64,000 bases of DNA, taken from positions 13,410 through 77,409 of the forward strand of contig CAZEEU010000003.1 of assembly GCA_964511305.1 (NCBI GenBank), written 5' to 3'. How positions within the stretch are numbered: the stretch's first letter is position 1; the number at the start of each line of letters is the position of its first letter. The translations under genes and the position numbers were made by a program. This document shows positions 8,806 to 18,545 of the stretch, piece after piece. Under the pieces are notes generated by a model that saw nothing but the letters and a program-made list of their open reading frames with translations, was not told the origin of the DNA and ran no database searches. The stretch comes from an uncultured Gammaproteobacteria bacterium (lineage in GTDB: Bacteria > Patescibacteriota > Microgenomatia > Levybacterales > GWA1-39-11).

Positions 8806-9852
8806 ATGGACAATTTAGACAAAAATTTAATTGAAGACTTAAAGGCAGAATCACTTCGTTATATACCTGATAATATCCCTGGATTTTTCAGACAAAAAAA
8901 TCGTAATACTTTTTCGTACTACGATATGACAGGAAATAAAATTAAAGACGAAAAAACACTTACTAGAATCCAAAAGCTGGTTATTCCACCAGCGTGGAGA
9001 AATGTTTGGATTTGCCCTCGTGCAAATGGGCATCTACAAGCAACAGGAATAGATGAAAAAGGCCGCAAACAATATATTTATCATGAAGACTGGGTAAAGA
9101 TAACTCAGCAGAATAAATTCTCCAAAATGATAGATTTTGGCCTATCTTTACCTCAGATACGTCAAAAAGTGAGACATGATATGGGAATGTCTGGCCTGGA
9201 TAAAAGACAAATAATAGCAACAATTGTGTGGCTCCTAGAGCATACGTTTGTCAGAATTGGCAACGAAGAATATAAGAAAGAGAATGATTCATATGGGCTA
9301 ACAACTCTTCATAATCGTCATGTAAAAGTGAAAGGCAATGATATGGTATTTAGGTTCCGGGGAAAGCATGGAGTGGAAAGCATTATTGAAGTAACCAACC
9401 CCATAATTGCCAAAACTATTAAGAAATGTATTGAGCTTCCTGGGTATGAGCTTTTTCAATACATTGATGAAGAAGGCAGAAAACATGTTGTTGATTCGCA
9501 GGACGTTAACGAATTCTTAAAAGAGATTACCCAAGATGAGTTCACAGCAAAGGATTTTAGGACTTGGGGAGCAACAAATTTATCTTCGAAAATTCTTAAT
9601 ACTCTTGGGGACGCTGAGAACAAGACCGCGCTACAAAAAAATGTACGATCGATGGTTAAAGAAGTCGCTTCCCACCTCAACAATACAGTAAGCGTATGCA
9701 AAAATTATTACATACACCCAACCGTTATCAAAACGTACACAAAAAAGCTACTTGTGCCACATTTTGACAATCACAAGGACAAAAAACCCATTATAAAAGG
9801 CCTTTCCTGGAATGAGGAAGCACTCATCAAACTTCTTCAAAAGTACTCGTAA
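8806..9852 (+). CDS. DNA topoisomerase IB (bacterial/poxvirus-like)
   Basis: IPPAW..VWI, GRKQYIYH, RIGNEEY, FRGKHG, KDFRTW, LNNT..VCKNYYIHP. Confidence 0.95.
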   Translation: MDNLDKNLIEDLKAESLRYIPDNIPGFFRQKNRNTFSYYDMTGNKIKDEKTLTRIQKLVIPPAWRNVWICPRANGHLQATGIDEKGRKQYIYHEDWVKITQQNKFSKMIDFGLSLPQIRQKVRHDMGMSGLDKRQIIATIVWLLEHTFVRIGNEEYKKENDSYGLTTLHNRHVKVKGNDMVFRFRGKHGVESIIEVTNPIIAKTIKKCIELPGYELFQYIDEEGRKHVVDSQDVNEFLKEITQDEFTAKDFRTWGATNLSSKILNTLGDAENKTALQKNVRSMVKEVASHLNNTVSVCKNYYIHPTVIKTYTKKLLVPHFDNHKDKKPIIKGLSWNEEALIKLLQKYS

Positions 9853-9853
9853 A

Positions 9854-10276
9854 TTAAAAACCTGTTTCGCCTTCAGCCTTCATTTCTTTGTCTGCATTAT
9901 GAGAAACATTTCCGTCCATATCTACAGAGTCACCGTCTTGAAGCAAAACTTCCTTTCCGTCTTTTTGAGTGATTTTCCCCTCTGAATTAATCTTGTCGCC
10001 ATTAGTAAATGACATTTCATGATCTAATGCACTCATAACACCATTCTGAATTACCCAGATAGCGCCATCTTTCATAACAACTCTATTTGCATCAGATTTC
10101 ATTTTCTCCATGGTCATATCTTTATCAGCAACCATTTTATTTAATTCGAGTATCTGTGGTTTGTACTTTGCACGCGCAACTAAATAACCTCCTGCGAATG
10201 CAATCACAAGAGCAATAACGAGCATGATTTTCATAGACTTATCTTTATCTTGTACTGTACTTTTTTTACTAGCCAT
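9854..10276 (-). CDS. Membrane-anchored protein, possibly DUF6799-like
   Basis: TM helix, then MKDG...NG.K...G.I...DG....L..G...DMDG beta-repeat; strong SD GAAGGGGGTGA. Confidence 0.6.
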   Translation of the reverse strand: MASKKSTVQDKDKSMKIMLVIALVIAFAGGYLVARAKYKPQILELNKMVADKDMTMEKMKSDANRVVMKDGAIWVIQNGVMSALDHEMSFTNGDKINSEGKITQKDGKEVLLQDGDSVDMDGNVSHNADKEMKAEGETGF

Positions 10277-10388
10277 AATAATTCACCCCCTTCGTTGAGA
10301 ATTAAGAATACAGTATTAAGTATTAAGGATGCGGGAGGGGGATGTCAAGTTGAAGGGAGAGAAAAAGGAAGCGATGCCTCTATCACTC

Positions 10389-10455
10389 AGGGGTATTGCC
10401 AAAGCTACAGTGGAAAGTACTCACGTACTATCTTTACAGATTTGGCAATATCCCT
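10389..10455. repeat. 67-bp element with 15-bp inverted repeats (MITE-like element or long hairpin)
   Basis: aggggtattgccaaa ... tttggcaatatccct (14/15), inner agtac-tcac-gtact. Confidence 0.7.
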
Positions 10456-10473
10456 AGAAGCTCAGAGACATAT

Positions 10474-11277
10474 TTACAAAGGAAAATACTCTCTAACTAT
10501 TTTTACGCTTTTAGCGATGTCTCTGTAGTACTTTTCTCTTGCGTTAAGGATGCGAGGGCATAACTCTAGATTTATTAGCCCATCATATTTTGTTTCCTTA
10601 AGATAGGTTAAAAAACTATGATAATTGAGGTCACCATCTCCGAGCCCCATATGTTCTTTCTTTTTTGTGTAATCAGAAAGGTGAATATTTCTTAAAAATG
10701 GACTTATCTCGGCATATCCGTCCGCCTTTTGAGGTTCTGGCTCCATAAGATGAGATATATCTAATGTAAAACCGAAATGATATTTTTTACATAAAGTATC
10801 GAAGTATTCTAAATCTGTTGCGCTATCATGGTGTTTTTTACTCACATAGTGAAGCATTGGCATTAGTTGGTATACATTTGTCATATTCTCAATAAGAATG
10901 TCTACTTCATATTTTTTTCCCATTTCTACAAGCCACTTGTAATAAGCCTTGGACTTATCAGAGTTAATATGTTGATTGGCGAGGGGATGAGCGACGAATT
11001 TTGCATCAAATTTCTTTGCAAAATAAAGGGCCTTTTCATCCTGCCAGAATCCAGCAACCGACCATGCAGGTTGATGAATTGAAAGTATTGGTACACTATA
11101 TCTCTTTGAAAGCCTCACAAGCTTGCTAAGGTAAAATCGTGTTTTCCATCCAACTACAACCTCTAGACCATCAACTTTAAGATGTGAAGCAAGCAAGAAG
11201 TACTCTTCAAGAGCAATACCAAGAGGAATATCTGCGATTGAAAAAGTTAGTCGAGGGCCTTTCTTTGGTAAATCCAT
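10474..11277 (-). CDS. Sugar phosphate isomerase/epimerase (AP_endonuc_2 TIM barrel)
   Basis: DGLE, SIHQP, IENM, TLDISH, IHLSD...H..LGDG, LE; start moved to ATG 11277. Confidence 0.85.
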   Translation of the reverse strand: MDLPKKGPRLTFSIADIPLGIALEEYFLLASHLKVDGLEVVVGWKTRFYLSKLVRLSKRYSVPILSIHQPAWSVAGFWQDEKALYFAKKFDAKFVAHPLANQHINSDKSKAYYKWLVEMGKKYEVDILIENMTNVYQLMPMLHYVSKKHHDSATDLEYFDTLCKKYHFGFTLDISHLMEPEPQKADGYAEISPFLRNIHLSDYTKKKEHMGLGDGDLNYHSFLTYLKETKYDGLINLELCPRILNAREKYYRDIAKSVKIVREYFPL

Positions 11278-11313
11278 ACCATATTCTATCACTAATCATT
11301 GTATACTAGCCTC

Positions 11314-11913
11314 ATGTATTCAGAAGCAATTTCTCATTTTAAAAAAGTTGATCCCTTACTCTACGAGTTGGCACGTAGTATCGATCCTATTGTGCTCGAA
11401 AAAAGTCAAAATCATTTTATCCGACTTGTTAGGGCAATAGTTGGCCAACAGTTATCTGTAAAAGCAGCTTCAACAATATTTGGAAGATTTGAAAAGTTAT
11501 TCAAAAAAGAAATCAATGCCAAAGAAATATTGAGCCTCCCTGATGATGATATAAGAGCCTGTGGAATCTCGTATCCGAAAATAAAATATATAAAAGATCT
11601 TTCGGAGAAGGTGCAGGCAAAAGAATTATTGCTCGAAACTTTTGAAGAAGCTGAAGAGTCAACGATTATTGAAAATCTAACTAAAGTAAAGGGAATAGGG
11701 ACATGGTCTGCTGAGATGTTCTTGATGTTTGCTCTCGCACGTCCAGATGTATTCTCAGTCGGTGACTTGGGGCTTCGCAATGCAATGATAAAACTCTACG
11801 GATTAAAAAAGCCTACTGATAAAAAGCTTTTGGCAATATCAAAGAAATGGAGTCCATATAGAACATATGCGTGCAGAATTCTGTGGCAAAGCCTTGATAA
11901 CTCTCCGAAATAA
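11314..11913 (+). CDS. alkA: DNA-3-methyladenine glycosylase II (HhH-GPD)
   Basis: IVGQQLS..AA, LTKVKGIGTWSAEM, D.F..GDLG, W.PYR. Confidence 0.85.
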   Translation: MYSEAISHFKKVDPLLYELARSIDPIVLEKSQNHFIRLVRAIVGQQLSVKAASTIFGRFEKLFKKEINAKEILSLPDDDIRACGISYPKIKYIKDLSEKVQAKELLLETFEEAEESTIIENLTKVKGIGTWSAEMFLMFALARPDVFSVGDLGLRNAMIKLYGLKKPTDKKLLAISKKWSPYRTYACRILWQSLDNSPK

Positions 11914-12342
11914 CTAGTACCCTATTTTCTTAAGAATTTTCATATAAGCCTTCGTAGGCACTGAAAGATCCATTTTCCCCATCTCAGAAAGCGTGAACCA
12001 TCCCAACGCACTACATTTTTCTGGCTCTTTTATTGTTGGCTTTCCTTTTTTTATTCTTGATATAAATCCTGAGGTTATCCAATGCTGTCCTTCTTCTTTA
12101 AGTATATGATCAAGTACTGGAAGCTGTTCATAGGTTGTGATATCAATTCCTAACTCTTCCTTCATCTCGCGCTTTATAGTTGCCTCCATTGTATCCCCAA
12201 ATTCTACTCCACCTCCTGGAAATTCCCACTTCCCCCGCTCATTTTTAGCCTTTGGCCCACGTTGAGAAAGCAACATCTTGCCATCTTTATCAACTATTAC
12301 TGCACCAATTCCTACGCCAATATAATCAATTCCCTTTTTCAT
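11914..12342 (-). CDS. NUDIX hydrolase
   Basis: GGGVEFGDT....IKREMKEELG Nudix box; EPEKC. Confidence 0.9.
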   Translation of the reverse strand: MKKGIDYIGVGIGAVIVDKDGKMLLSQRGPKAKNERGKWEFPGGGVEFGDTMEATIKREMKEELGIDITTYEQLPVLDHILKEEGQHWITSGFISRIKKGKPTIKEPEKCSALGWFTLSEMGKMDLSVPTKAYMKILKKIGY

Positions 12343-12589
12343 ACCCCAAATATATCACACTACCAAGGGATGGACTAGTGATTAGTGGGTAGTGGGGGAT
12401 GCATTTAAAAAAAGGGGTATGGAAACTGAAATATCGCCTCTTGTATAGAGAAACAGGTAGTTTTGAGGGGTGGCACAGTATTGGGCGCCCATTGAGAACA
12501 TGACGCAAGCGATCTGATACATAATTAATAAGTAGAGTGGGCGGAAATGCTCGCAAATGGGCTAATGCTGTGACAGGACCCCGCGTACA

Positions 12590-13555
12590 TTAGACAATTT
12601 CTACCTCGATCTCGGGGGTGAATCCGAAGGATTCTTGCATCTCTTCTTCAATTTCTGCAATTATTGCTCTCACGTCATGAGCTTTTGCTCCTCCCATATT
12701 CACAATAAAATTCTGGTGTTTCTCGCTGACCCTGGCCGCCCCTATCTGCTTTCCTTTAAATCCAAGCCTATCGATTATGTATCCCATGCTTACCTTTCCA
12801 TGCCACTTACCATCTACTAACTCACGGATGTCATCCCAAGACTCTAAGATTCTATCAACCTCTTCTTTTTTTGAAATATTTTTAAATACGCTTCCGCAAT
12901 TTGGGTAGTCGAGTGGATGCTTATCCTGACGATATGTTATGTTTTCAAAATACTTCTCGTGAGCATTTAATAATTCTTCTTGTGTACCGTCACGCAATTG
13001 AAATTGAGCAGACACCACAATAAGTTTTTCTTTCTTAACTTTGCTTGAACGATACTCAAATTCCATCTCATCATGGTTTAATGTCAGTTCCTCAAAACTT
13101 CCGTCTTCAAGAAGCCTAATACAATGTGCTTTTACAAAAACGTCCTTTATCTCTCCGCCAAATGCCCCCACATTACCTCTTACAGCCGCACCAACGGTTC
13201 CTGGAAGCCCTCCGGCCCATTCTAGACCTACTAGACCTAACTCAAATTGTGCTTGAATTACGCTATCCAAGAACTCTCCTGCAAAACTTTCAATTATTCC
13301 GTTTTCCAAAAATCTAACGCCTTGCCCATCATCTTGTGACTGAAATCTGATAACTGCACCATCAAACCCTTCATCAGGAAAGAGAAGATTAGACCCAAGA
13401 CCCAAGACAAAAACATTCGTAATATTATTCTCCTTTATGTAGGCCAGAGCTTCATATAAATCTTCTTTTGAAGCAACATCAAGAACAATCTTGGCGACGC
13501 CACCAATTTGATACCAGAGAATAGTTGAGAGTAGAACATCGTTATATATCTGCAT
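12590..13555 (-). CDS. murB: UDP-N-acetylmuramate dehydrogenase
   Basis: GLGSNLL, GLEWAGGLPGTVG..RGNVGAFG, YRSS, GSVFKN, SEKHQNF. Confidence 0.95.
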   Translation of the reverse strand: MQIYNDVLLSTILWYQIGGVAKIVLDVASKEDLYEALAYIKENNITNVFVLGLGSNLLFPDEGFDGAVIRFQSQDDGQGVRFLENGIIESFAGEFLDSVIQAQFELGLVGLEWAGGLPGTVGAAVRGNVGAFGGEIKDVFVKAHCIRLLEDGSFEELTLNHDEMEFEYRSSKVKKEKLIVVSAQFQLRDGTQEELLNAHEKYFENITYRQDKHPLDYPNCGSVFKNISKKEEVDRILESWDDIRELVDGKWHGKVSMGYIIDRLGFKGKQIGAARVSEKHQNFIVNMGGAKAHDVRAIIAEIEEEMQESFGFTPEIEVEIV

Positions 13556-13592
13556 AAATTTTAGAAATTAGGTTTTAGGAATTAGAAATTGA

Positions 13593-15377
13593 TTAGAATG
13601 AAGAAGCATCAGCAACATCTTCTTCTTCAAGTCTAAGGAGTCCTTCATCAAGCCTTTTTTGATCCAAGTAGTGGGCAATAAATCCAACCGACCGAGAGAG
13701 TACAAAAAGTGCATTGAAAAATTCTTGCTCAACAAGGTCCAATAGCTGCTCGTCACTGTATCCCTCTTTTTCTGAAAGATAATCAAGAAGGAGTGCTGCG
13801 ATAGTACCATCAACATTCAGAATCAAATTCCCCTTCTTCTCTGTAGTTACCTTTTCTACTTCTAATGCAAAATTTGTAAATCTTTTTTTCTCTAGTCTAT
13901 CCAAAAATCCCTTAAGAGCTGCTACTCTTGGGTCAGGCATATCGGTTCTGTATTTTTTATGCCCAATTCCTTGAATGTAAAGTTTTTTAATAGCAAATTC
14001 TTCAACATAGGAAGAAGCATTTTTCCCGTCAACAACTCCCGAGAACCAATTACGAGCTGCTTCATTAAGAGCTCCTCCAAAACGGGGGCCAATCGTTAAA
14101 AGCCCAGAGGATAGAGAACTCACCAGATCTTTTCCAGCACGAGCACTAACAATGGTATTAAGAGCCCCTGAGACATATGGTCCATGGTCAACACTTATTC
14201 TCAATATAAAGTCCACCAACTCCTCAGTGTCTTGTGACTGAATCTTCTTACCCAAAAACATTGAAGCAATGATCTTTGCAAAACCATTGTTACTTGCAAG
14301 CGATAGCAAATCTTCACCTAAGATTTGCACTTCTCCATCTACATCTTTTGAAATACTTGAGGAAATCAGTGCATGTTTTCGGTCATCCATATTTTCAATT
14401 GTACCATTGACCTCCTTAAAGCTGTAGTCGGGAAGGTCTTGCATCATCTTCACAAATTCAGAAAAACTCTCAGGAACTTGTGCGCCTGCTTTTTTAAGCG
14501 CTTCTCTTTTTTCTTTTGCTCCTTCAGCAGAAGTCCCTGCCATTGCCTTTGCATGACCAAATTGAGGTGGAGTCTCAAAAAGATCCGAAATGGTTCCTGC
14601 TACATAACAAATAACAGGCTTTGTTATATGTCCGATCTCAAGTAGCTTTGCCAATTTATATTCATCTTCCCCTCCAAGTTCCCCATAATACACAATTGCT
14701 TTTGTCTTCTCATCTTTTTGGGCAGCCATGAGAGCGTCTACCGGCTCAAAAAGCGGAAATCTATCTCCACCAAAAGAGAGAGAGAAACTTACTTTATTAT
14801 GCGTCCTGTTAACCGTATTTATAATTTCATTGACCATTCCACCTGATGCTGAAAGCACACAAACCCCTCCTGAGGAAAGCAAACCAGAACTTACAATTTG
14901 TTTTTGACTAACCCCTCCAATTGCACCGACCTTACAACTGCCTGGAATGACAACACCAACGCTTGAAGGACCAACAAGAGATACATTTTTGTCTTTTGCA
15001 TATTCAAAAAGGTCAATAGCATGCTTTTCAGGCACACCTTCTGCAAAAATAGTCCCAAAGATAAGATTTGGGAAAGTGTCTATTGCCTCAATCATAGAAG
15101 TAAGAACTCTCCTCCCAGAACTTACATTGAGTACTGTATTTGTTTGGCTTTTGATCTGAGACGGAATACGACCCAACGTAGGGTAGACCGCTAATAAAAT
15201 TTCTTTTTTACCAAAAAAATATCGGTTAAAATTTCGGCCACTAGCTACAATTGCAACGATTGATGGAGAAGTGCGCCCAACTAAAAAATCGTAGTCAAGC
15301 ATCGACTGAATGATTCCGGGATGATTACCAATAACCACTATCTTAAGTTGTGCCTCTCTTATTTTTTGAATATCCAT
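13593..15377 (-). CDS. aclA: ATP-citrate lyase alpha subunit (SCS-alpha-like plus citryl-CoA lyase domain)
   Basis: AEGVPE, GGDRFP, GELGG, QFGHAKA phospho-His, DHGP.VSGA, IGPRFGGA, GIGH, LNVDG. Confidence 0.9.
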   Translation of the reverse strand: MDIQKIREAQLKIVVIGNHPGIIQSMLDYDFLVGRTSPSIVAIVASGRNFNRYFFGKKEILLAVYPTLGRIPSQIKSQTNTVLNVSSGRRVLTSMIEAIDTFPNLIFGTIFAEGVPEKHAIDLFEYAKDKNVSLVGPSSVGVVIPGSCKVGAIGGVSQKQIVSSGLLSSGGVCVLSASGGMVNEIINTVNRTHNKVSFSLSFGGDRFPLFEPVDALMAAQKDEKTKAIVYYGELGGEDEYKLAKLLEIGHITKPVICYVAGTISDLFETPPQFGHAKAMAGTSAEGAKEKREALKKAGAQVPESFSEFVKMMQDLPDYSFKEVNGTIENMDDRKHALISSSISKDVDGEVQILGEDLLSLASNNGFAKIIASMFLGKKIQSQDTEELVDFILRISVDHGPYVSGALNTIVSARAGKDLVSSLSSGLLTIGPRFGGALNEAARNWFSGVVDGKNASSYVEEFAIKKLYIQGIGHKKYRTDMPDPRVAALKGFLDRLEKKRFTNFALEVEKVTTEKKGNLILNVDGTIAALLLDYLSEKEGYSDEQLLDLVEQEFFNALFVLSRSVGFIAHYLDQKRLDEGLLRLEEEDVADASSF

Positions 15378-15459
15378 ATTTATTTAATTTTCAAAATCCA
15401 AATTTCAAACTCCAAACATGCTTTCATTTTTTTGATCATTGGTGCTTGGTTTTTGATCA

Positions 15460-16644
15460 TTACTCTGCGTGTCTCAGAGCTGGTTCTACTATGTCAGTTA
15501 GTACGAGCTCGGGTCCATGAATTTCACCCAGTAATTCCGTCTTTTCTAAAAATGATTTCATCATGGATAAGCCCTCTTCCTGATGAGGACCTCCACGTCT
15601 TACAAAGATTTTCACGTTTTGAGATTTCAAATCACCTGAAACCTCACTTAAGGCACGGATTATTCCTTTAAAAGTAATCCTAACGTCAGTGAAATTCGCC
15701 ACACCTCCAGATATAATAATTGATTTATTATGGGACGTGGAGCGGAGTAGGGCAGTCAAAATATTTTTGACATATAAATATGTCTCTTCCTCAGTAGGGC
15801 TTCCACTATATTCACCGTAATTTGCTAACAAATCTCCTTTACCCTTTTGATAAATTTCATCAGCAGTGACTAGTGACGCCCCTCCTCCAGACAACAACAC
15901 AAATATTGATCCATTCGGATTAAGAACCTGGTAGCTAAGCGCTGCAGGGGTGGTCTCTTTGAGTGTTTCTATCGCCCTCTCCTCTTCTGTCTTTATTTTG
16001 CGGCTCCCTTCTCGAAAATCATCTTTACTCCATGCACCTTCTACAAAGAATGAGGCCTCACTATCTACCTCAACTGCCATGTCTAGAAAATAGAATTTAT
16101 CTCCTTTTACAACTAGTGGGTTAATTTCTAAAAATGAAAAGTAATACTCATCAAAGCAGGTTATAATACTTTCAAGAATTTCGACAGAAATCTTTAGAGT
16201 CGTGGCGATATCTTTATATTGCGTGTAGCCAGTCAGAATTGCTGTAGTTACTGAATCCTGATTTGATTCAATTTCTATCCCACCTTGGGTTGAGTAATGG
16301 ACTCTCTTCCCTTCACGTACACGCTCTATTGCTAAGTAAAATTCACCACCCTCATGCTCGATAAATTCTTCAAGAATGAAATAATTAAATCCTTTTTCTT
16401 TTAACTTTTCTATTTCAGAATGAGCATTTGCACGCGTAACATCAAGCACAACTAGTCCATTCTTCTTCCGTTGTTTTACCCCCTGATCAACTTTGAGGAC
16501 ATATCTAACACCCTCTTCCATTTTGGAGAGAAGATCGTCGTAATACTCATCATTAGTATTGACGGTAATGCCTTTATAGGGAAGCTCTAGAAAAGAATAC
16601 ACTATTCTTTTTGCAGCAAACTCGGAGATTTTTTTCCTTGCCAT
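15460..16644 (-). CDS. aclB: ATP-citrate lyase beta subunit
   Basis: LEINPL, GGGAS, LANYGEYSG.P, GGVANFTDV..TFKG, RRGGP. Confidence 0.9.
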   Translation of the reverse strand: MARKKISEFAAKRIVYSFLELPYKGITVNTNDEYYDDLLSKMEEGVRYVLKVDQGVKQRKKNGLVVLDVTRANAHSEIEKLKEKGFNYFILEEFIEHEGGEFYLAIERVREGKRVHYSTQGGIEIESNQDSVTTAILTGYTQYKDIATTLKISVEILESIITCFDEYYFSFLEINPLVVKGDKFYFLDMAVEVDSEASFFVEGAWSKDDFREGSRKIKTEEERAIETLKETTPAALSYQVLNPNGSIFVLLSGGGASLVTADEIYQKGKGDLLANYGEYSGSPTEEETYLYVKNILTALLRSTSHNKSIIISGGVANFTDVRITFKGIIRALSEVSGDLKSQNVKIFVRRGGPHQEEGLSMMKSFLEKTELLGEIHGPELVLTDIVEPALRHAE

Positions 16645-16665
16645 ATCCTTGAATTATACTAAATA

Positions 16666-17505
16666 TTAAGATTCCTGAAGCAAGCGGTCTATTAAATAGG
16701 CTACGCCATCATTCTCATAACTAGGTACTATTATGTCAGCTATTGCTTTAACCTCATCATGGCCATTTTGCATAACAACTTTTAAATTGGCTGCTTCAAG
16801 TAGAGGGAAGTCATTATAACCATCCCCTACTCCTACTATCCCTTCTCTTTTAACATCCAGTATTTCTATTAACTTGCTTACTCCATGGAGTTTTGAAGCT
16901 CTAACAGATGTTATATCCCATCCATAACCTGTTATGTGATTATGTGTTCTATGAATATTCAAATTGGAATGAGACGTCTCAAATTTATCCAAAAGCTTGT
17001 TGGCTTGCTCCATGTCAATATTCATTGCCCTGACTGCTATTTTCGGTACAGACTGTATGGTGAATTCTCTATATGGTTGTTGTATTACATTTGCGAATTC
17101 GAAAGGATAATTAAAAGTTGAGTACATAAAATTATCTATCGAAACCAAAAAGTCAAATTTGTTATCTTGCAAGAATCGCACAGTCTCATCAACAATATCT
17201 TTCTCGATTAAATCCTGGCTTAGATATTTACCAGTTACAGGGTCTATGATTTCCGCCCCTCCTCTCACAATTACAGGTGAGGTAAGCCCAAGCTTTTTAC
17301 ACTCTTCCTCTATCATGCCAAATTGTCGACCAGTTGCAATAGTAAACAACCTACCACTATCCATCCATCTTTTTACTGCATCGACAACAATAGGGGTGAC
17401 AATAAGATCTGCACCAGCAAGAGTACCATCAAAGTCACTGACGATAAGTTTGAATTTTGAAATCTCTTTTGGAAACCCACTATCCATTACATGTAATTTT
17501 ACCAC
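16666..17505 (-). CDS. Cof-type HAD hydrolase
   Basis: DFDGTL, ATGR, K..G, GDGYND.P; true start may be ATG 17487. Confidence 0.9.
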   Translation of the reverse strand: MVKLHVMDSGFPKEISKFKLIVSDFDGTLAGADLIVTPIVVDAVKRWMDSGRLFTIATGRQFGMIEEECKKLGLTSPVIVRGGAEIIDPVTGKYLSQDLIEKDIVDETVRFLQDNKFDFLVSIDNFMYSTFNYPFEFANVIQQPYREFTIQSVPKIAVRAMNIDMEQANKLLDKFETSHSNLNIHRTHNHITGYGWDITSVRASKLHGVSKLIEILDVKREGIVGVGDGYNDFPLLEAANLKVVMQNGHDEVKAIADIIVPSYENDGVAYLIDRLLQES

Positions 17506-17546
17506 GCAATTGCAGCAGAAGATTCATTTAGGTTATAGTAATCTCT

Positions 17547-18545
17547 ATGTCAGATGTACCAGATTCCATAGAAAACCAACCAACGCTTCCGCACTATCCT
17601 GAGCTCCATGAAATGCAGGATTATTTCGACATACGTACCAAAACCGATCCTCAAAAAACTTCGGGAATAGCAGTTAGTAATGACGCATGGGGAAATAAAG
17701 TCTATGCATCTCTTAACAAAACCGAGGACACAATGGCAGGAGAACAACCTGCAACCCTTATTGCATCCAGCGAGGGGAGACGAGTTTTACTATGTAATTC
17801 TGGCCTTCTCAGAAAAATCCAAACAGGCGATATACCACTTGAAGGGATAAAATTTCAAAGCAATATCTATCCAATAGAACTTGATACACCTGAGGGGAAA
17901 AGAAAGTTTGTGCTTAAATACGCCGACTATAAGAACATGGAAAAATATAAAACCCATGTTTCAGGCATTGAGGCTATGAGAATAATGCAAATGGCATCAA
18001 AAGAACAACCTTTGCCTGGCGTGTCATATGCTGTACCGCTCCTTGCTACGCATGACTTTACCATTGCTCCACTGCTTTATGAAGGGCTTGCCTTGGATGA
18101 AATGATAGGATATCTCGATGAAGAGAGCAATGAATATCGAAGAGAACGTATTGAAACAGCATGGAACCGCTCTCCTGAAGCCGTCAAAACTCTCCGCCTA
18201 CTTAAAGAAGAAAATAAAACACCGATCGGTAGGAATTTTCTTAGTGCAATTTGGGATGAGACAAACTGGGCATCACAAAAGGCAAGAAAGTGGATTGAAA
18301 AAACAGTTGAAAAAACACCAGAATTTCAAGCATTCAAATTGCATAATGACTTTGGTGCACATCAATACGTTATAGATATGAGCAATCTAATGGATCTTTA
18401 TGAGAAATATAAGTCACAACCTGAAGAATGGAGAGTTGATGATGGTTTTGGCGAAGAACTTATGAAAATTCTTGGTGTAGTAGAGATGATTCATGCCTTT
18501 GAGCCGAATATGACATCAGTTACTCCTCTTTGGGAACGAAGTTAG
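17547..18545 (+). CDS. Hypothetical protein with probable atypical protein-kinase-like fold
   Basis: KFVLKY, E in the following helix, [14 protein letters not shown] in kinase motif order. Confidence 0.55.
   Translation: MSDVPDSIENQPTLPHYPELHEMQDYFDIRTKTDPQKTSGIAVSNDAWGNKVYASLNKTEDTMAGEQPATLIASSEGRRVLLCNSGLLRKIQTGDIPLEGIKFQSNIYPIELDTPEGKRKFVLKYADYKNMEKYKTHVSGIEAMRIMQMASKEQPLPGVSYAVPLLATHDFTIAPLLYEGLALDEMIGYLDEESNEYRRERIETAWNRSPEAVKTLRLLKEENKTPIGRNFLSAIWDETNWASQKARKWIEKTVEKTPEFQAFKLHNDFGAHQYVIDMSNLMDLYEKYKSQPEEWRVDDGFGEELMKILGVVEMIHAFEPNMTSVTPLWERS

Noticed and set aside
12326-12556. 76-aa minus-strand ORF
   Set aside because: TTG start, no recognisable motifs, and it overlaps the NUDIX promoter and start.
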